Shown here: in pieces, positions 14,291 to 26,387 of the stretch
Layout of the letters: every line of letters begins with the position of its first letter
Numbering within the stretch: position 1 is the first letter of the stretch
Source of the DNA: Octopus bimaculoides
Lineage: Eukaryota
Reading direction: 5' to 3'
DNA: 64,000 nucleotides
NCBI RefSeq assembly: GCF_001194135.2
Contig: NC_068981.1
Span: forward strand, 19,216,816-19,280,815
Program-made: the position numbers and the translations under genes
Notes under the pieces: generated by a model
Database searches by the model: none
What the model was told of the DNA's origin: nothing
Seen by the model: the letters and a program-made list of their open reading frames with translations, nothing else

Positions 14291-15892
14291 TCTTTCACTT
14301 GTTTCTGTCATTGGATTGTGGCCAAGCTAAGGCACCACCTTGAAGAATTTTTAATCGAATGAATCATCATCATCATCATTTAACGTCCACTTTCCATGCT
14401 GGCATGGGTTGGACGATTTGACTGGGGACTGGCGAATCAGATGGCTACACCAGACTCCAATCTGATCTGGCAGAGTTTCTACAGCTGGATGCCTTTCCTA
14501 ACGCCAACCACTCCGAGAGTGTAGTAGGTGCTTTTTATGTGCCACCAGCATGAGGGCCAGTCCGGCGGTACTGGCAACGGCCACGCTCGAAATGGTGTCT
14601 TTTATGTGCCACCTGCACAAGAGCCAGTCCAGGGGCACTGGCAACGATCTCGCTCGAAATATATATATATATATATNNNNNNNNNNNNNNNNNNNNNNNN
14701 NNNNNNNNNNNNNNNNNNNNNNNNNNNNNNNNNNNNNNNNNNNNNNNNNNNNNNNNNNNNNNNNNNNNNNNNNNNNNNNNNNNNNNNNNNNNNNNNNNNN
14801 NNNNNNNNNNNNNNNNNNNNNNNNNNNNNNNNNNNNNNNNNNNNNNNNNNNNNNNNNNNNNNNNNNNNNNNNNNNNNNNNNNNNNNNNNNNNNNNNNNNN
14901 NNNNNNNNNNNNNNNNNNNNNNNNNNNNNNNNNNNNNNNNNNNNNNNNNNNNNNNNNNNNNNNNNNNNNNNNNNNNNNNNNNNNNNNNNNNNCGTGTCAC
15001 CCGCACGAAGGCCAGTCAGGCGGTACTGGCAACGGCCACGCTCGAAATGGTGTCTTTTATGTGCCACCTGCACAAGAGCCAGTCCAGGGGCACTGGCAAC
15101 GATCTCGCTCGAAATATATATATATATATATATATATTTATACATACAAAGGATTCTTTCAGTTTTTGTCAAACAAATCCACTTACAAGGCCTTGGTCAG
15201 CCCAAGGCTACAGCAGTATACACTTTCTCGATGTGCCACACAGTGCAACTGAACCCAGAAACATGTGGTTGATAAGCAAACTTCCTATCACTTAAGTTAT
15301 ACTGTACAATATTTATAAGCTGAACATGTTCTGCACATGTGATGTACTCTATTGGCTATATAGTAAGAGTGCAGACAGTTGAATAGGTGGTACATTGTAC
15401 TGTATCCTTTATATGATGTACTTTACTATACTCACTGTATAGTGTGTAACATTAAGAGAAACTGTACACAGCACAAAATTAACCATTAAGCAAAATAAGC
15501 ACATGCATAGGGCATCAAGGGACGAGGCATACCACAGAAATGGTAAATGGTTTACAACACAAAAGAAAACACTTGCTAAAATAATATTTGAGATACCTTA
15601 CCTCTGCTAAGTATAGAAGTAGATGTGTTACATAAGATTAATGTTGAGGATCCAATCAAAGACTTTGCAATTAAAAATGGTAGGAGAAAATTTTTCAAGT
15701 ATAAATAAAGTGGAAGTATAGAAAATAAACATTATCTTCCAGTTTACTGTTAGTTTTGGTTCAATTGAAAAATAATATTTATTTTATGGTTTATTTTTGT
15801 TTATATTTTGAATTACCTATACATGGGGACACCACAATCCTTTAAGTGCTAAAGGTCTCTATGGGTATTAATCTGGCCCTGCTTGTACACAG

Positions 15893-15960
15893 TGGAACCA
15901 ACAGCTGGGTCAACAATTGCAATTAGTTTCATTATCAGTAAACCAATTAAGGACATGAAG
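15893..15960 (+). CDS. Candidate internal exon (68 nt; EPTAGSTIAISFIISKPIKDMK)
   Basis: CTTGTACACAG acceptor, AAG|GTAAGT consensus donor, open in phase 1; located in unique sequence. Confidence 0.3.
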
Positions 15961-16629
15961 GTAAGTAAAGTTGCAGATTCATTAGAGATAATTAGGTTGA
16001 AAATATGTTACTGTAAAAGTTCCTCCTGTAATCAGTAAGGGGAGTGCAGGGAAGTGTTGTGTCTATTAATTGATATATCAGGCACCGTGTTTGTTAGTTA
16101 TTACAATGGTAGAGAAGATGCAAAGCAGAAGAACAATTATAGAGAACATCTCATACTGATAGACCAGTCGTGCTAGTTACTGAGACTGAAAATGTTATCG
16201 GCTAAGTAGATATTCTAATAACATGGTGAGCTGACAGAATCATTAGTAGGATAGATAAAATACTTAATGGTATTTGTTTGGGCTCTCTTTATGTTCTGAA
16301 TACAGATGCCACTGAGGACAACATTGCTTTTCATCCCTTCAGGGTCAATAAAATAAAGTGCCAGTCAAGTGCTGGGGAAGTTTTCAGTAGGAGTGTCTAA
16401 TTTCTCTTACCCAATAGTTTAATTAGTACTGAAAATGATTCTAATGATTGTAAAGTAGGTAGAGAAAGAAAAGAATAAAACTGGTTCTAGTCAGTGTTTT
16501 AACTGGTAACAGTAACCAAACAGGTCTATTCCTAATACAAACATTTTACCCATGTATATGGAGTGTAATACTTCTTGTTTATTACTGAGACATAAATGTT
16601 GTATGAATTGACACATTCTTTATTTTCTC

Positions 16630-16800
16630 TCCTTGTTTCTTTCTGTGTTCCTTTCTGTGGAACAGCGTAGGCTCGAAACGTTAAAGACTTTTTCACTTCC
16701 CGAGCATTATACTAACACATCTATTTGTTGTCTACATCACCTGCCTTCGTCTTTTGCATTTTTTTTTGTGAATTATCCCTATAATATATATGCTGTAGCA
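16630..16800 (+). mobile_element. Penelope pseudo-LTR-like repeat with hammerhead-like variant motif
   Basis: CTTTCTGTGGAACAGCGTAGGCTCGAAACGTTAAAGACTTTTTCACTTCCCGAG; homologous to 840-990(-). Confidence 0.55.
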
Positions 16801-16859
16801 CTGCCTTTAGTCAAGCAAATATATATTATTTATTTAAAGGACACAATACATGTCTTTAA

Positions 16860-16914
16860 GTGCTACTTATAGTTTCATATGTTGAGAAATATCTCAAACA
16901 TGTTCATCAGGCAC
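16860..16914 (-). ncRNA. Type I hammerhead ribozyme motif
   Basis: Minus strand: GUGC-CUGAUGA-ACAUGUUUGAGA(UAUU)UCUCAACAUAU-GAAA-CUAUAAG-UA|GCAC; intact core, stem I GUGC/GCAC, long stem II with one mismatch and one bulge, GUA cleavage triplet. Confidence 0.75.
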
Positions 16915-17095
16915 AAACCACATATCATAATGAATTATGTGTGGAAAACAAAGTACACACACACACACACGTAATTATTTGAACTTCAAATTTTTGGGAC
17001 TTAGTTTAATGGTTTCATGTATTAATGTATCAAGATTATTTTTCTACACAAATATGCACATATGCACATGTCTACCTGTGCATGTATGCGTGTGC

Positions 17096-17139
<44 letters not shown>

Positions 17140-17162
17140 NNNNNNNNNNNNNNNNNNNNNNN

Positions 17163-17213
<51 letters not shown>

Positions 17214-17779
17214 ATACCCTCACACACACATTTACATGCATCATATGAGTGAGTGAACAAATGAAAAAAAGTAATGTTAAATGTATTTTGTTGAAGTTAT
17301 ATAAGTTTTGCAGCAGTAGAGCATGTAAACATCATCAAAGGTTTGAAGAAGAGATGCAGAGAATTTAAAAAGAAAAGCAAAACAGCATTTCAGTGATGTT
17401 CTGATCAGTTCAAGTCATGCAATTTTTTTTTTTTGTTTCCATTATAGTAACGTCCTTTACTCTATTGCTATATTCACGTGATAGTGTAGATTGAATGTTA
17501 ACTCACTTAGTTGGCATTTGGCAGGATGTGACATTTCATTGACATCAACTTTTTTTTACATTGGATTCAAAATATGGTAGGGTAAACAAGATGTTAGTAT
17601 CTATTAGTCATCATTTTGTTGGGAGGCCACATTTACTTCATTGAAAAGGTGCATGACTAGCACAGGATGTATTATAGGCTGTAATCTCTACAAGTAGCAA
17701 GAATTATATACCATGCCATTATGCATGGTTCAGCTTGGCCTAGGGGTGCATATCCAAGTAATCAACAAGCCAATGGTTT

Positions 17780-18925
17780 GATGTTCTTTAACAGGATAGA
17801 GCTCTGGTTGCAACAATAAGCCAGGTAAGTTTTTTCTGACCTGTCTGCAAAGACAGAATTAGCAATTACAGGTTCCAGGTGAGGAATGAAGGAATTTGTG
17901 AAGAATGTTTTATGTGATGCTGGGTAAATCATTTCAATAGTCCCAGAGCCATCAAATGACGCAGGATAGGATGGTGGAAGGAATTTCTCTGTCCTTACAC
18001 TTGAAGGAGTGTATATTGTGCATGTATCTTCCTTTGGCTGTCATAGAAATCTACTGCCTTATGATTCCATTGGTTCCAAGATGGCTCTTCGAGAGGCAAG
18101 ACTTTCCCAATAGGTAGGTAGTAGGTGGGATTTTGGAAGTTACAGATTGGAGAGTGGGATGAATATTGTGTGTGTTCACATTTGCGTCTAGTGTAGTGTA
18201 CTAATTTCGAAGCAATATTATCTAAGCATGTGTAGCCAACCTTGTGTTATAGAAATTAAATAGTTTATTGTATCCATGGGTACTTGGGGAATGCTTTCTA
18301 ATTAATTTCAAGAAGCTTCTAGCTACATTAGCATTGAATATCTAGATTGAAAAGAAGATTAAATGAGATTAGCTTTCCTTTCTCAAACCCTCTCTCTTCG
18401 GGTTTGGGATAACTGATCCTTCATATGTACTAACCTTGTTATAGTAAGGTTCTGACCTGTAGAAGACCACTCTATCTACCACTAGACTGGAGATTCTTCT
18501 GCTGATGCATATGGTTAGGTTTTTAATGCCAGCTAGGGTGAATGGAGTGCCTATGAATATAAACAATTTCCTCATTGGGCTTTTTGTAAAGGCAGTACTG
18601 AGTTTTAGGGTTACTTTCAGGAAATCCACCTGTCTTAATTTGGTGGTAACAGAGATATTCATTCATAGCTGTTCGTATGGCTTGAGAATACCAGACCATC
18701 ATCCCTGTACAGAATTTAACTGTAGGGTTGTGTACGTTTTCTTAGGATATCTAGGATAAATAACCTGACAAGGTCAGTGACTTTAGCTTCATCATAATTT
18801 CGCATAGCTGTATCAAACACTGGGCTACCTCCTTTTTATTTAGCACGAATCTTCATGAAACAAGGGTGACTTTCTGACATTTATTATGTTTCTCATATTG
18901 AGATTCCTAATTCTAGCATATCATC
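17780..18925 (-). mobile_element. Decayed Penelope-like element (RT C-half plus GIY-YIG)
   Basis: Minus-strand frames give FDTAMRNYDEAKVTDLVRLFIL, LYRDDGL, TKLRQVDFLKVTL, SRRISSL, FLKLIRKH, YTCLDNIAS, RYMHNIHSFK; many stops and frameshifts. Confidence 0.85.
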
Positions 18926-19542
18926 AACCAAAGTTTAGTGCCTTCAAGATGAGGAATTTCCATATTGAAGAGTAGAAATCCACAATACTGAACTATATAT
19001 ANNNNNNNNNNNNNNNNNNNNNNNNNNNNNNNNNNNNNNNNNNNNNNNNNNNNNNNNNNNNNNNNNNNNNNNNNNNNNNNNNNNNNNNNNNNNNNNNNNN
19101 NNNNNNNNNNNNNNNNNNNNNNNNNNNNNNNNNNNNNNNNNNNNNNNNNNNNNNNNNNNNNNNNNNNNNNNNNNNNNNNNNNNNNNNNNNNNNNNNNNNN
19201 NNNNNNNNNNNNNNNNNNNNNNNNNNNNNNNNNNNNNNNNNNNNNNNNNNNNNNNNNNNNNNNNNNNNNNNNNNNNNNNNNNNNNNNNNNNNNNNNNNNN
19301 NNNNNNNNNNNNNNNNNNNNNNNNNNNNNNNNNNNNNNNNNNNNNNNNNNNNNNNNNNNNNNNNNNNNNNNNNNNNNNNNNNNNNNNNNNNNNNNNNNNN
19401 NNNNNNNNNNNNNNNNNNNNNNNNNNNNNNNNNNNNNNNNNNNNNNNNNNNNNNNNNNNNNNNNNNNNNNNNNNNNNNNNNNNNNNNNNNNNNNNNNNNN
19501 NNNNNNNNNNNNNNNNNNNNNNNNNNNNNNNNNNNNNNNNNN

Positions 19543-19591
<49 letters not shown>

Positions 19592-19658
19592 GTATATATA
19601 TACACATATATATGTCTGTGTGTGTGTATGTATGTATGTATGTATGAATGTATGTATG

Positions 19659-19724
<66 letters not shown>

Positions 19725-20282
19725 TGTATATATACACATGCATATATTATAACATATATATATATATATATATATACATACACTGATATGCTTATACATA
19801 CGTATATAAATCATGTGTGAGTGTGTATGTTAACACATGCATGCATGTGTGTGAATATGTGTGCGTGTTCTGTAATTTAGATAAGAAAACAGAGACATAA
19901 AGAAAAAAGATACTTATTCTATATCATTTTACAGCATATGAAAACAATAAATGAGATATCTATTTAATATCTCATGAACAATAGAGCAAGTTATATCAAC
20001 ATACTTACAGCCAATCTGTGATAAATAATGTTGGTCACATCAAACTCGAGTGAATGCAGTGATTATTATTATCAACCATTGCAAGAATATGTCAGTGACG
20101 CGTCAACTTTAAAAGAAACATGACTTTATCACAAAATTTTTCTTGTTTTCTGTATGTCTTTCATTCTTTTAATAATGGTTTTAATAATTGGACTTCAACT
20201 ATGTTTGGGCACCACCTTCAATCGTATTGACTCCATTATTTATTTCAGTCTGCTGCAGAAACAAAGTGGAAAAAAAAGCAAC

Positions 20283-20669
20283 TGGAAAACGTGGCTATGT
20301 GGTAAGAAGCTTGCTTCCCAACCACATGTTTCCGGGTTCAGTTCCACTGTGTGGGACTTTGGGCAAGTGTTTTTCTACTATAGCCCCCGGCCAGCCAAAA
20401 CCTTGTGAGTGGATTTTGTAGACGGAAACCGAAAGAAGCTTGTCATAAATATGTGTATGTGTGTCTGTGTTTGTCTCCCATCACCACTTAACAACCAATG
20501 TTGGTGTGTTTATGTCACTGTAACTTAGTGGCTCAGCAATGGAGACCGATTGAATAAGTATCAAGCTTTAAAAGATAAGTACTAGAGTGGATCCATTTGG
20601 CTACAAATTATTCAAAGCGATGCCTCAGTATGGCCTCAGTCTAATGACTGAAACAAGCAGAAGATAAAA
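20283..20669 (+). mobile_element. SINE family A
   Basis: GTGGCTATGTGGTAAGAAGCTTGCTTCCCAACCACATG head through to GACTGAAACAAGCAGAAG tail. Confidence 0.85.
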
Positions 20670-20673
20670 ATGC

Positions 20674-21430
20674 ATGGTCAGTTCTTAATAGAGATACCAA
20701 GGAACACAGATCCAGATGAAATGTGGAAGTTGTTACAGAAAAGAGATCTGAAATCTGAAACAGATGCCTTGATATGATATGCACAACACGAGTACGAGCA
20801 TTGAGAAGAAACTACTATAAGCACGGAAGTAAGTATCGCTCAGAATCTGAGAAATGTAGAATATGTGGGGAAATTGGAAAGACAGTGTGTCATATATTAA
20901 ACAAATGCAGTAAATCGACTGTGAGAATATATAACAAAAGCATATTTAAAAAACAGGCATTTCAATGTTGCCAGAAGGCTTTACTGGAAACGATATAACA
21001 ATGTTTGGATTGGAAAAGGCAAGAGAATTATATCGAAATTAACCATAAGATGTAGGGGAAAATGACAGAGGATAGATATTTAGGGATTTCATAATATAAT
21101 GTAATCATGGAATCGAACATCAGAAACCTGGTAATGTGTTGGTAGGCAAGGAAGAAAAATCCTATCTAATGATATACATCACATGTCTGGGAAACAGCAG
21201 AATAGTCGAAAAAGGAGAAATGCTGACAAGATATAAAGCTCTAAAGAGAAAAATCAACCAAGCTATGGTTATTGAAAAAGGTGTATGTTGTACCAATAAC
21301 TGTCGGTGACCCCAGTACATTAAGCAAAAACACTGAAAAGTGAGAGAAAAAAAATAGGCACAAAAATGAAAATAGGGTGCATTCAGAAAACGGCATTGCT
21401 TGGCAGTATAAGGGGTCACTGCAAAGTACT
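20674..21430 (+). mobile_element. R4/Dong-like (REL-endonuclease) LINE 3' fragment, old
   Basis: HGQFLIEIP..DLKSETDAL, CCHC knuckle CRICGEIGKTVCHILNKC, then decayed endonuclease region. Confidence 0.8.
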
Positions 21431-21442
21431 TGAAACTTTAAA

Positions 21443-22000
21443 AGAACACACCACCTTGCCTCATAAGAAGTGAACAACTGGTATGTTGGGCTTGCAAACA
21501 ATTCTGCCAGCACACCACCTTAATAATAACAGGAATAAAAACAGAAAAAAGATGGTATAGGCACATGCCAGAAAAGGTTACAGAAAACAAGAAAGCAACC
21601 ATACTCTGGGATATGCCAATACACACAGATAGAGAAAGTAAGGCCAATAGGCCAGATATAGTTATCAGAGATCATGAAGAAAAAAAATGCTTTCGAATTG
21701 ATGTATCAATACCAGCAGATGACAACGTTTCTCGAAAAGAAATAGAGAAGCTTTCAAAATACAAAGACCTAGAAATAGCGGTAACTCGAATGTGGAATCT
21801 AAAAACAGAAACAATTCCTATCATAGTAGGTGCCTTAGGTATAATAAAAAAGATATTCAAAAATATTCAATAAGAAAAACACCAGGACTTACAAATATAT
21901 ATAACATACAGAAAATTTCACTACTGGGCACTGCATACATCCTACGCAAAGCACTTTCAATACAGTAACCATAAGAGCATCACAGCAAACCACAGCACAT
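21443..22000 (+). mobile_element. R4/Dong-like LINE 3' fragment (REL domain), younger
   Basis: ILWDMPIHTDRESKANRPDIVIRDHEEKKCFRIDVSIPADDNV..EKLSKYKDL = RPD..D..K.KY REL motif. Confidence 0.9.
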
Positions 22001-22004
22001 ACCC

Positions 22005-23010
22005 AGCATCCTTCTTGTGTTCCTTGTCTTTGCTCCAGATGTCACTNNNNNNNNNNCCATAAGAGCATCACAGCAAACCACAGCACATACCCAGCATCCT
22101 TCTTGTGTTCCTTGTCTTTGCTCCAGATGTCACTCCAAAACCTTTGGCTTTCAATGCTATCTGGTATCAACTTTTCGTCTATACACTCTCCATTTATTAT
22201 CTTTATAGAATCTCTTCTGATTACTCTGAATAACCTATTCTGGTGGTAACCGTTCATTCTTTGGTCGTATCTTACCATCTTTGCTTTCTTTGCAACGAGG
22301 CGCTGTTCCAGTTCCTCCATTACTACATTCAGGCCCTTTCTTTCAATATTATACTTCCTTTTCAGCGCCCTGTATTTTTGTTCGCTTTTAAGCTCCCCTT
22401 TCTCTTTTCGATCTAACACAGAGATTTCCTTCGAGAGCATGTCTAACCCTGCCTGGATTCTTCTTTTCCATCATGGATTTTTTCTTTTGTCTCTCCCGTT
22501 ATGTTTCTTTTTCTTGACATCAACACCCACGTTTTCTGCTACAACAATACTTGCTGCCATGATCAAATTATTTGTTTCAGTGATGTTGTTTATTCTGATG
22601 TATTTCAGAATTTCATTGACATATTTCGCTTCTTGGTTCAATTTCCATCAATCAACCTTTTTAAGGTTGCAAATAATGTCGCTATCGTTTTCCTGTAGTC
22701 ATGCCTTTATTGTCGTAGATTGCCTTTTGTTCATCTGCTATGTCGCCATTAATTTCATTGTCTTCTTTTAGATCATCTATATGTCTCTCATCAAGTAAAC
22801 TACCACTGCTCCTTTCCTGTGCTATGAGATTACTCTTATTAGTAAGAACTGTATTTTCATCGTTATCTCTGCTGCTATTTTCAAAGACCATTCTTTTGAT
22901 AGCTTCGAGCTCTACTTCTGTGAACCAACAATTTTTTCTTATTGCTCTAGCGTGATCACATAGTCTTTGTTCCGGGAGTTGAAACAATCCCTTTTCTCTT
23001 CAATGATCAT
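22005..23010 (-). mobile_element. R4/Dong-like LINE N-terminal ORF fragment
   Basis: EQRLCDHARAIRKNCWFTEVELEAIK and KYNIERKGLNVVMEELEQRLVAKKAKMVRYDQRMNGYHQNRLF, typical pre-RT region of this clade (from recall). Confidence 0.75.
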
Positions 23011-23630
23011 ACNNNNNNNNNNNNNNNNNNNNNNNNNNNNNNNNNNNNNNNNNNNNNNNNNNNNNNNNNNNNNNNNNNNNNNNNNNNNNNNNNNNNNNNN
23101 NNNNNNNNNNNNNNNNNNNNNNNNNNNNNNNNNNNNNNNNNNNNNNNNNNNNNNNNNNNNNNNNNNNNNNNNNNNNNNNNNNNNNNNNNNNNNNNNNNNN
23201 NNNNNNNNNNNNNNNNNNNNNNNNNNNNNNNNNNNNNNNNNNNNNNNNNNNNNNNNNNNNNNNNNNNNNNNNNNNNNNNNNNNNNNNNNNNNNNNNNNNN
23301 NNNNNNNNNNNNNNNNNNNNNNNNNNNNNNNNNNNNNNNNNNNNNNNNNNNNNNNNNNNNNNNNNNNNNNNNNNNNNNNNNNNNNNNNNNNNNNNNNNNN
23401 NNNNNNNNNNNNNNNNNNNNNNNNNNNNNNNNNNNNNNNNNNNNNNNNNNNNNNNNNNNNNNNNNNNNNNNNNNNNNNNNNNNNNNNNNNNNNNNNNNNN
23501 NNNNNNNNNNNNNNNNNNNNNNNNNNNNNNNNNNNNNNNNNNNNNNNNNNNNNNNNNNNNNNNNNNNNNNNNNNNNNNNNNNNNNNNNNNNNNNNNNNNN
23601 NNNNNNNNNNNNNNNNNNNNNNNNNNNNNN

Positions 23631-23652
23631 ATGATGATGATGATGATGATGT

Positions 23653-23690
<38 letters not shown>

Positions 23691-23715
23691 TTGATGATGA
23701 TGTTGATGATGATGT

Positions 23716-23747
<32 letters not shown>

Positions 23748-23748
23748 T

Positions 23749-23779
<31 letters not shown>

Positions 23780-23780
23780 A
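23631..23780. repeat. (GAT)n microsatellite
   Basis: Direct reading. Confidence 0.98.
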
Positions 23781-24071
23781 TTATTATTGTGTTATACTCT
23801 TGGCATATTGGCCTAGTATCTTCAACCTTAGCTTCGGGTCAAACAACGTCTTCGGGTCAAACAACGTCTTGCTAAGAGAAGTTTGCTAGACAGAAACTGT
23901 AAATGCCCATCTCCTTGTATACATACATACATACATACATACATACACACACACATGTTTATGTGTGTATTATTTGCCAATGCGTAGCTGTACATATCAA
24001 CGAGAAAAACTGATAAACTAAAGCCTTTGAACAAAAATACCTTGAGGTATTTATTCCTATGATTTGCACAG

Positions 24072-24113
24072 ACGGTTTCTTGACCCTGTCGCCATCGTGA
24101 ATGCAGTGAACCA
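24072..24113 (+). CDS. Candidate 42-nt exon (phase 2: RFLDPVAIVNAVN)
   Basis: GATTTGCACAG acceptor, CA|GTAAGT donor, only phase 2 open; a competing minus-strand exon reading overlaps it. Confidence 0.3.
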
Positions 24114-24662
24114 GTAAGTATCCTGTTGAAAATCTATAACTAATGATGCTATTTTTCACAATATCACAATGTATGAAAAGAAAACTGTTAATAAAATAAT
24201 TATATTGGTCACATTGCTCATATTCTCCCAAAAAGAAATTGTTTCGTTGCCAAGAATATTTAAATGAATTCAGAGTATTTTGGGAGTACTGAATCTAAAA
24301 ATGACATTAATTTTGCAAAATTGGCTCTAGCTTTTAAGATATTGGATATCGACTCAAATATTAATTTTTTAGTGGGTTTGGTCAAGAAGCCGTCTTTGGT
24401 AGCACACAATTTTTGGTTGGCTGTGGATGTAGGCGAGAATGACCGCACTGTTATTTATATAAGGTTCCATATTTTACATTATCCGGAACATTTGTATCTA
24501 CATATGTACAACAATTATTTGAATAAAGCAACATACAAGAGATAGTGAACGTGGTAGTTAGAATGTCTTCATTGTATAAAGTATTTCAGTTATTTGCATG
24601 AAAATTGTTCATGGTTATTAAAGACAGACTAAATAGAAAGAGCGAAGCGGCCTTATAATAAA

Positions 24663-24978
24663 AGTGACCGACAAAGTTCTGTGTTGCACCTGAAGTTGTT
24701 CTGTTTAAGAGTTCGGTATTCCAGATTTTTAAAACACTTAGTCAATCTTCTAGAACATTCGACAGAATCATTTAGCGGGAAAAATTCAAAATTCTTTTGT
24801 TGTTCTTTTCTGACAATTGCATCATCAACGGTGCAGTTTTTCTTGGATAGATAGTATGTACTAGATAATATGATTTAAAATTCGGGTATCGATGTGTGTC
24901 TAAAATTGACCGACAAAGTTCTGTGTAGCACCTAAAGTTGTTCTATTTAAGAGTTCGGTATTCCAGTTTCGTAAAACA
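24663..24978. repeat. Pair of about 75-bp direct repeats
   Basis: TGACCGACAAAGTTCTGTG..CACCT.AAGTTGTTCT.TTTAAGAGTTCGGTATTCCAG at about 24663-24737 and 24905-24978. Confidence 0.85.
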
Positions 24979-25000
24979 TCTTCTAGGGTTAAGGTTATAC

Positions 25001-25948
25001 GTTCAGTGGCAATAGGGAAAGAAGTGGCAAGGACAATCAAAGGATATTACAGGAAGTTTTCAGCTTTGACCTACACACAGGCGACCACAGACTGATATTG
25101 TCTTCCACAGATCGTATCCTGCTGAACTGTTAATCGTTGAAGCGATTAGGAAGGCTTTGTGGGGGACGGAAAGGGATAGAGGTCCATGATTGGCGACACA
25201 TGTAAATAAGCAGCAGCAGCAGTAACAACAACAGCAGCAGCAGCAGCAGCAGTAGTAGTAGGAGTAGTAGTAGTAGTAGTAGTAGCAGCAGCAGCAGCAG
25301 TAGCAGTAGTAGTAGTAGTAGTAATAGTAGTAGTAGTGATGGTTGTGCTGTTTGCTAGTGAGAAGAGAAAGAGGTTGAAGGGGTGAAGGTGATGGTTGCT
25401 TACGAGTGTCTCTATCTTTGAATTTCAACTTTTGAAATGTTGGAAATGGGAGCGAAAGACTATTTGTATATTAACCAAAGAGCTCGAATGTAGGCCCGGA
25501 CTGTATAAATGTTTGAAAAAACAGTTTGGTTGTTTACAAACTCAACTTCAAGTTAGGTTCAAATTCTAACTGAACATTCTCTAAATAACCGAACAGTAAG
25601 GTATTTTCATAAAATCCTGCATCCTAATAACTCAATTGGTTTATACCACTTGTTACACCGGACCAATATAAGTTTGAAGGATGAGAAATTGGGACTAACT
25701 CTGTACAAACCCAGCCAATTATAATTATATTCAACGCGAAAGACGTTCAGAAAATCAAGACCATCACATCAATACAATCACACTTTTTGTATAAGTTCAG
25801 TGGCAATAGGGAAAGAAGTGGCAAGGACATTCAGAGGATATTACTGGAAGTTCTCAGCTTTGACCCTGCACACAGGCGACCACAGACTGATGTTGTCTTC
25901 CACAGATCGTATCCTTCTGAACTGTTAATCATTGAAGCGATGAGGAAG
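25001..25948. repeat. Pair of about 153-bp direct repeats (25001-25153, 25795-25948) enclosing a CAG/TAG microsatellite
   Basis: GTTCAGTGGCAATAGGGAAAGAAGTGGCAAGGACA...GAAGCGAT.AGGAAG at both sites. Confidence 0.9.
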
Positions 25949-26387
25949 TTCACCGGCAAAGTAACATCAATTGCCTGCCCAATACACTTACAACGTTTCT
26001 GAGGTGTTAATCATATTACTGGTACCAGGTAAGACAACGAGGTGGCAGAACCGTTACAGCGAAGGGCAAAATGATTAGCGGCATTTTGTTCTTTATGTTC
26101 TGAATTCAAATTCCACCGAGGTCGATTTTACCTTCTATACTTTCAGGGTCGATAAAAGAAATACCAGTTGTATACTGGTGCGGGGGTGATATAATCAATT
26201 TACTACCGCCGTCGGAACTTCTGGCCTTGTGCCAAAATACGGAGCCGATATTACTGGTACCAATTTTTAAGGATTGAAACAGTCATATAAAAGAGAAGGA
26301 AACCCCGGACACGCTTCTCTAGCACATTAAGTCAAGTATTCTACCATTTTAGATATTTCTGTTAATATTTTAAATTTTCTGAGCTGT

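Noticed and set aside
14560-15125. Direct repeat across the gap at 14677-14992
   Set aside because: Same gap-overlap artefact pattern
20154-20408. Signal-peptide-like ORF MSFILLIMVLIIGLQLCLG
   Set aside because: Runs into a SINE with no donor site; hydrophobicity is explained by T-rich DNA
21965-22135. About 80-bp tandem duplicate around a 10-N gap
   Set aside because: Assembly overlap artefact
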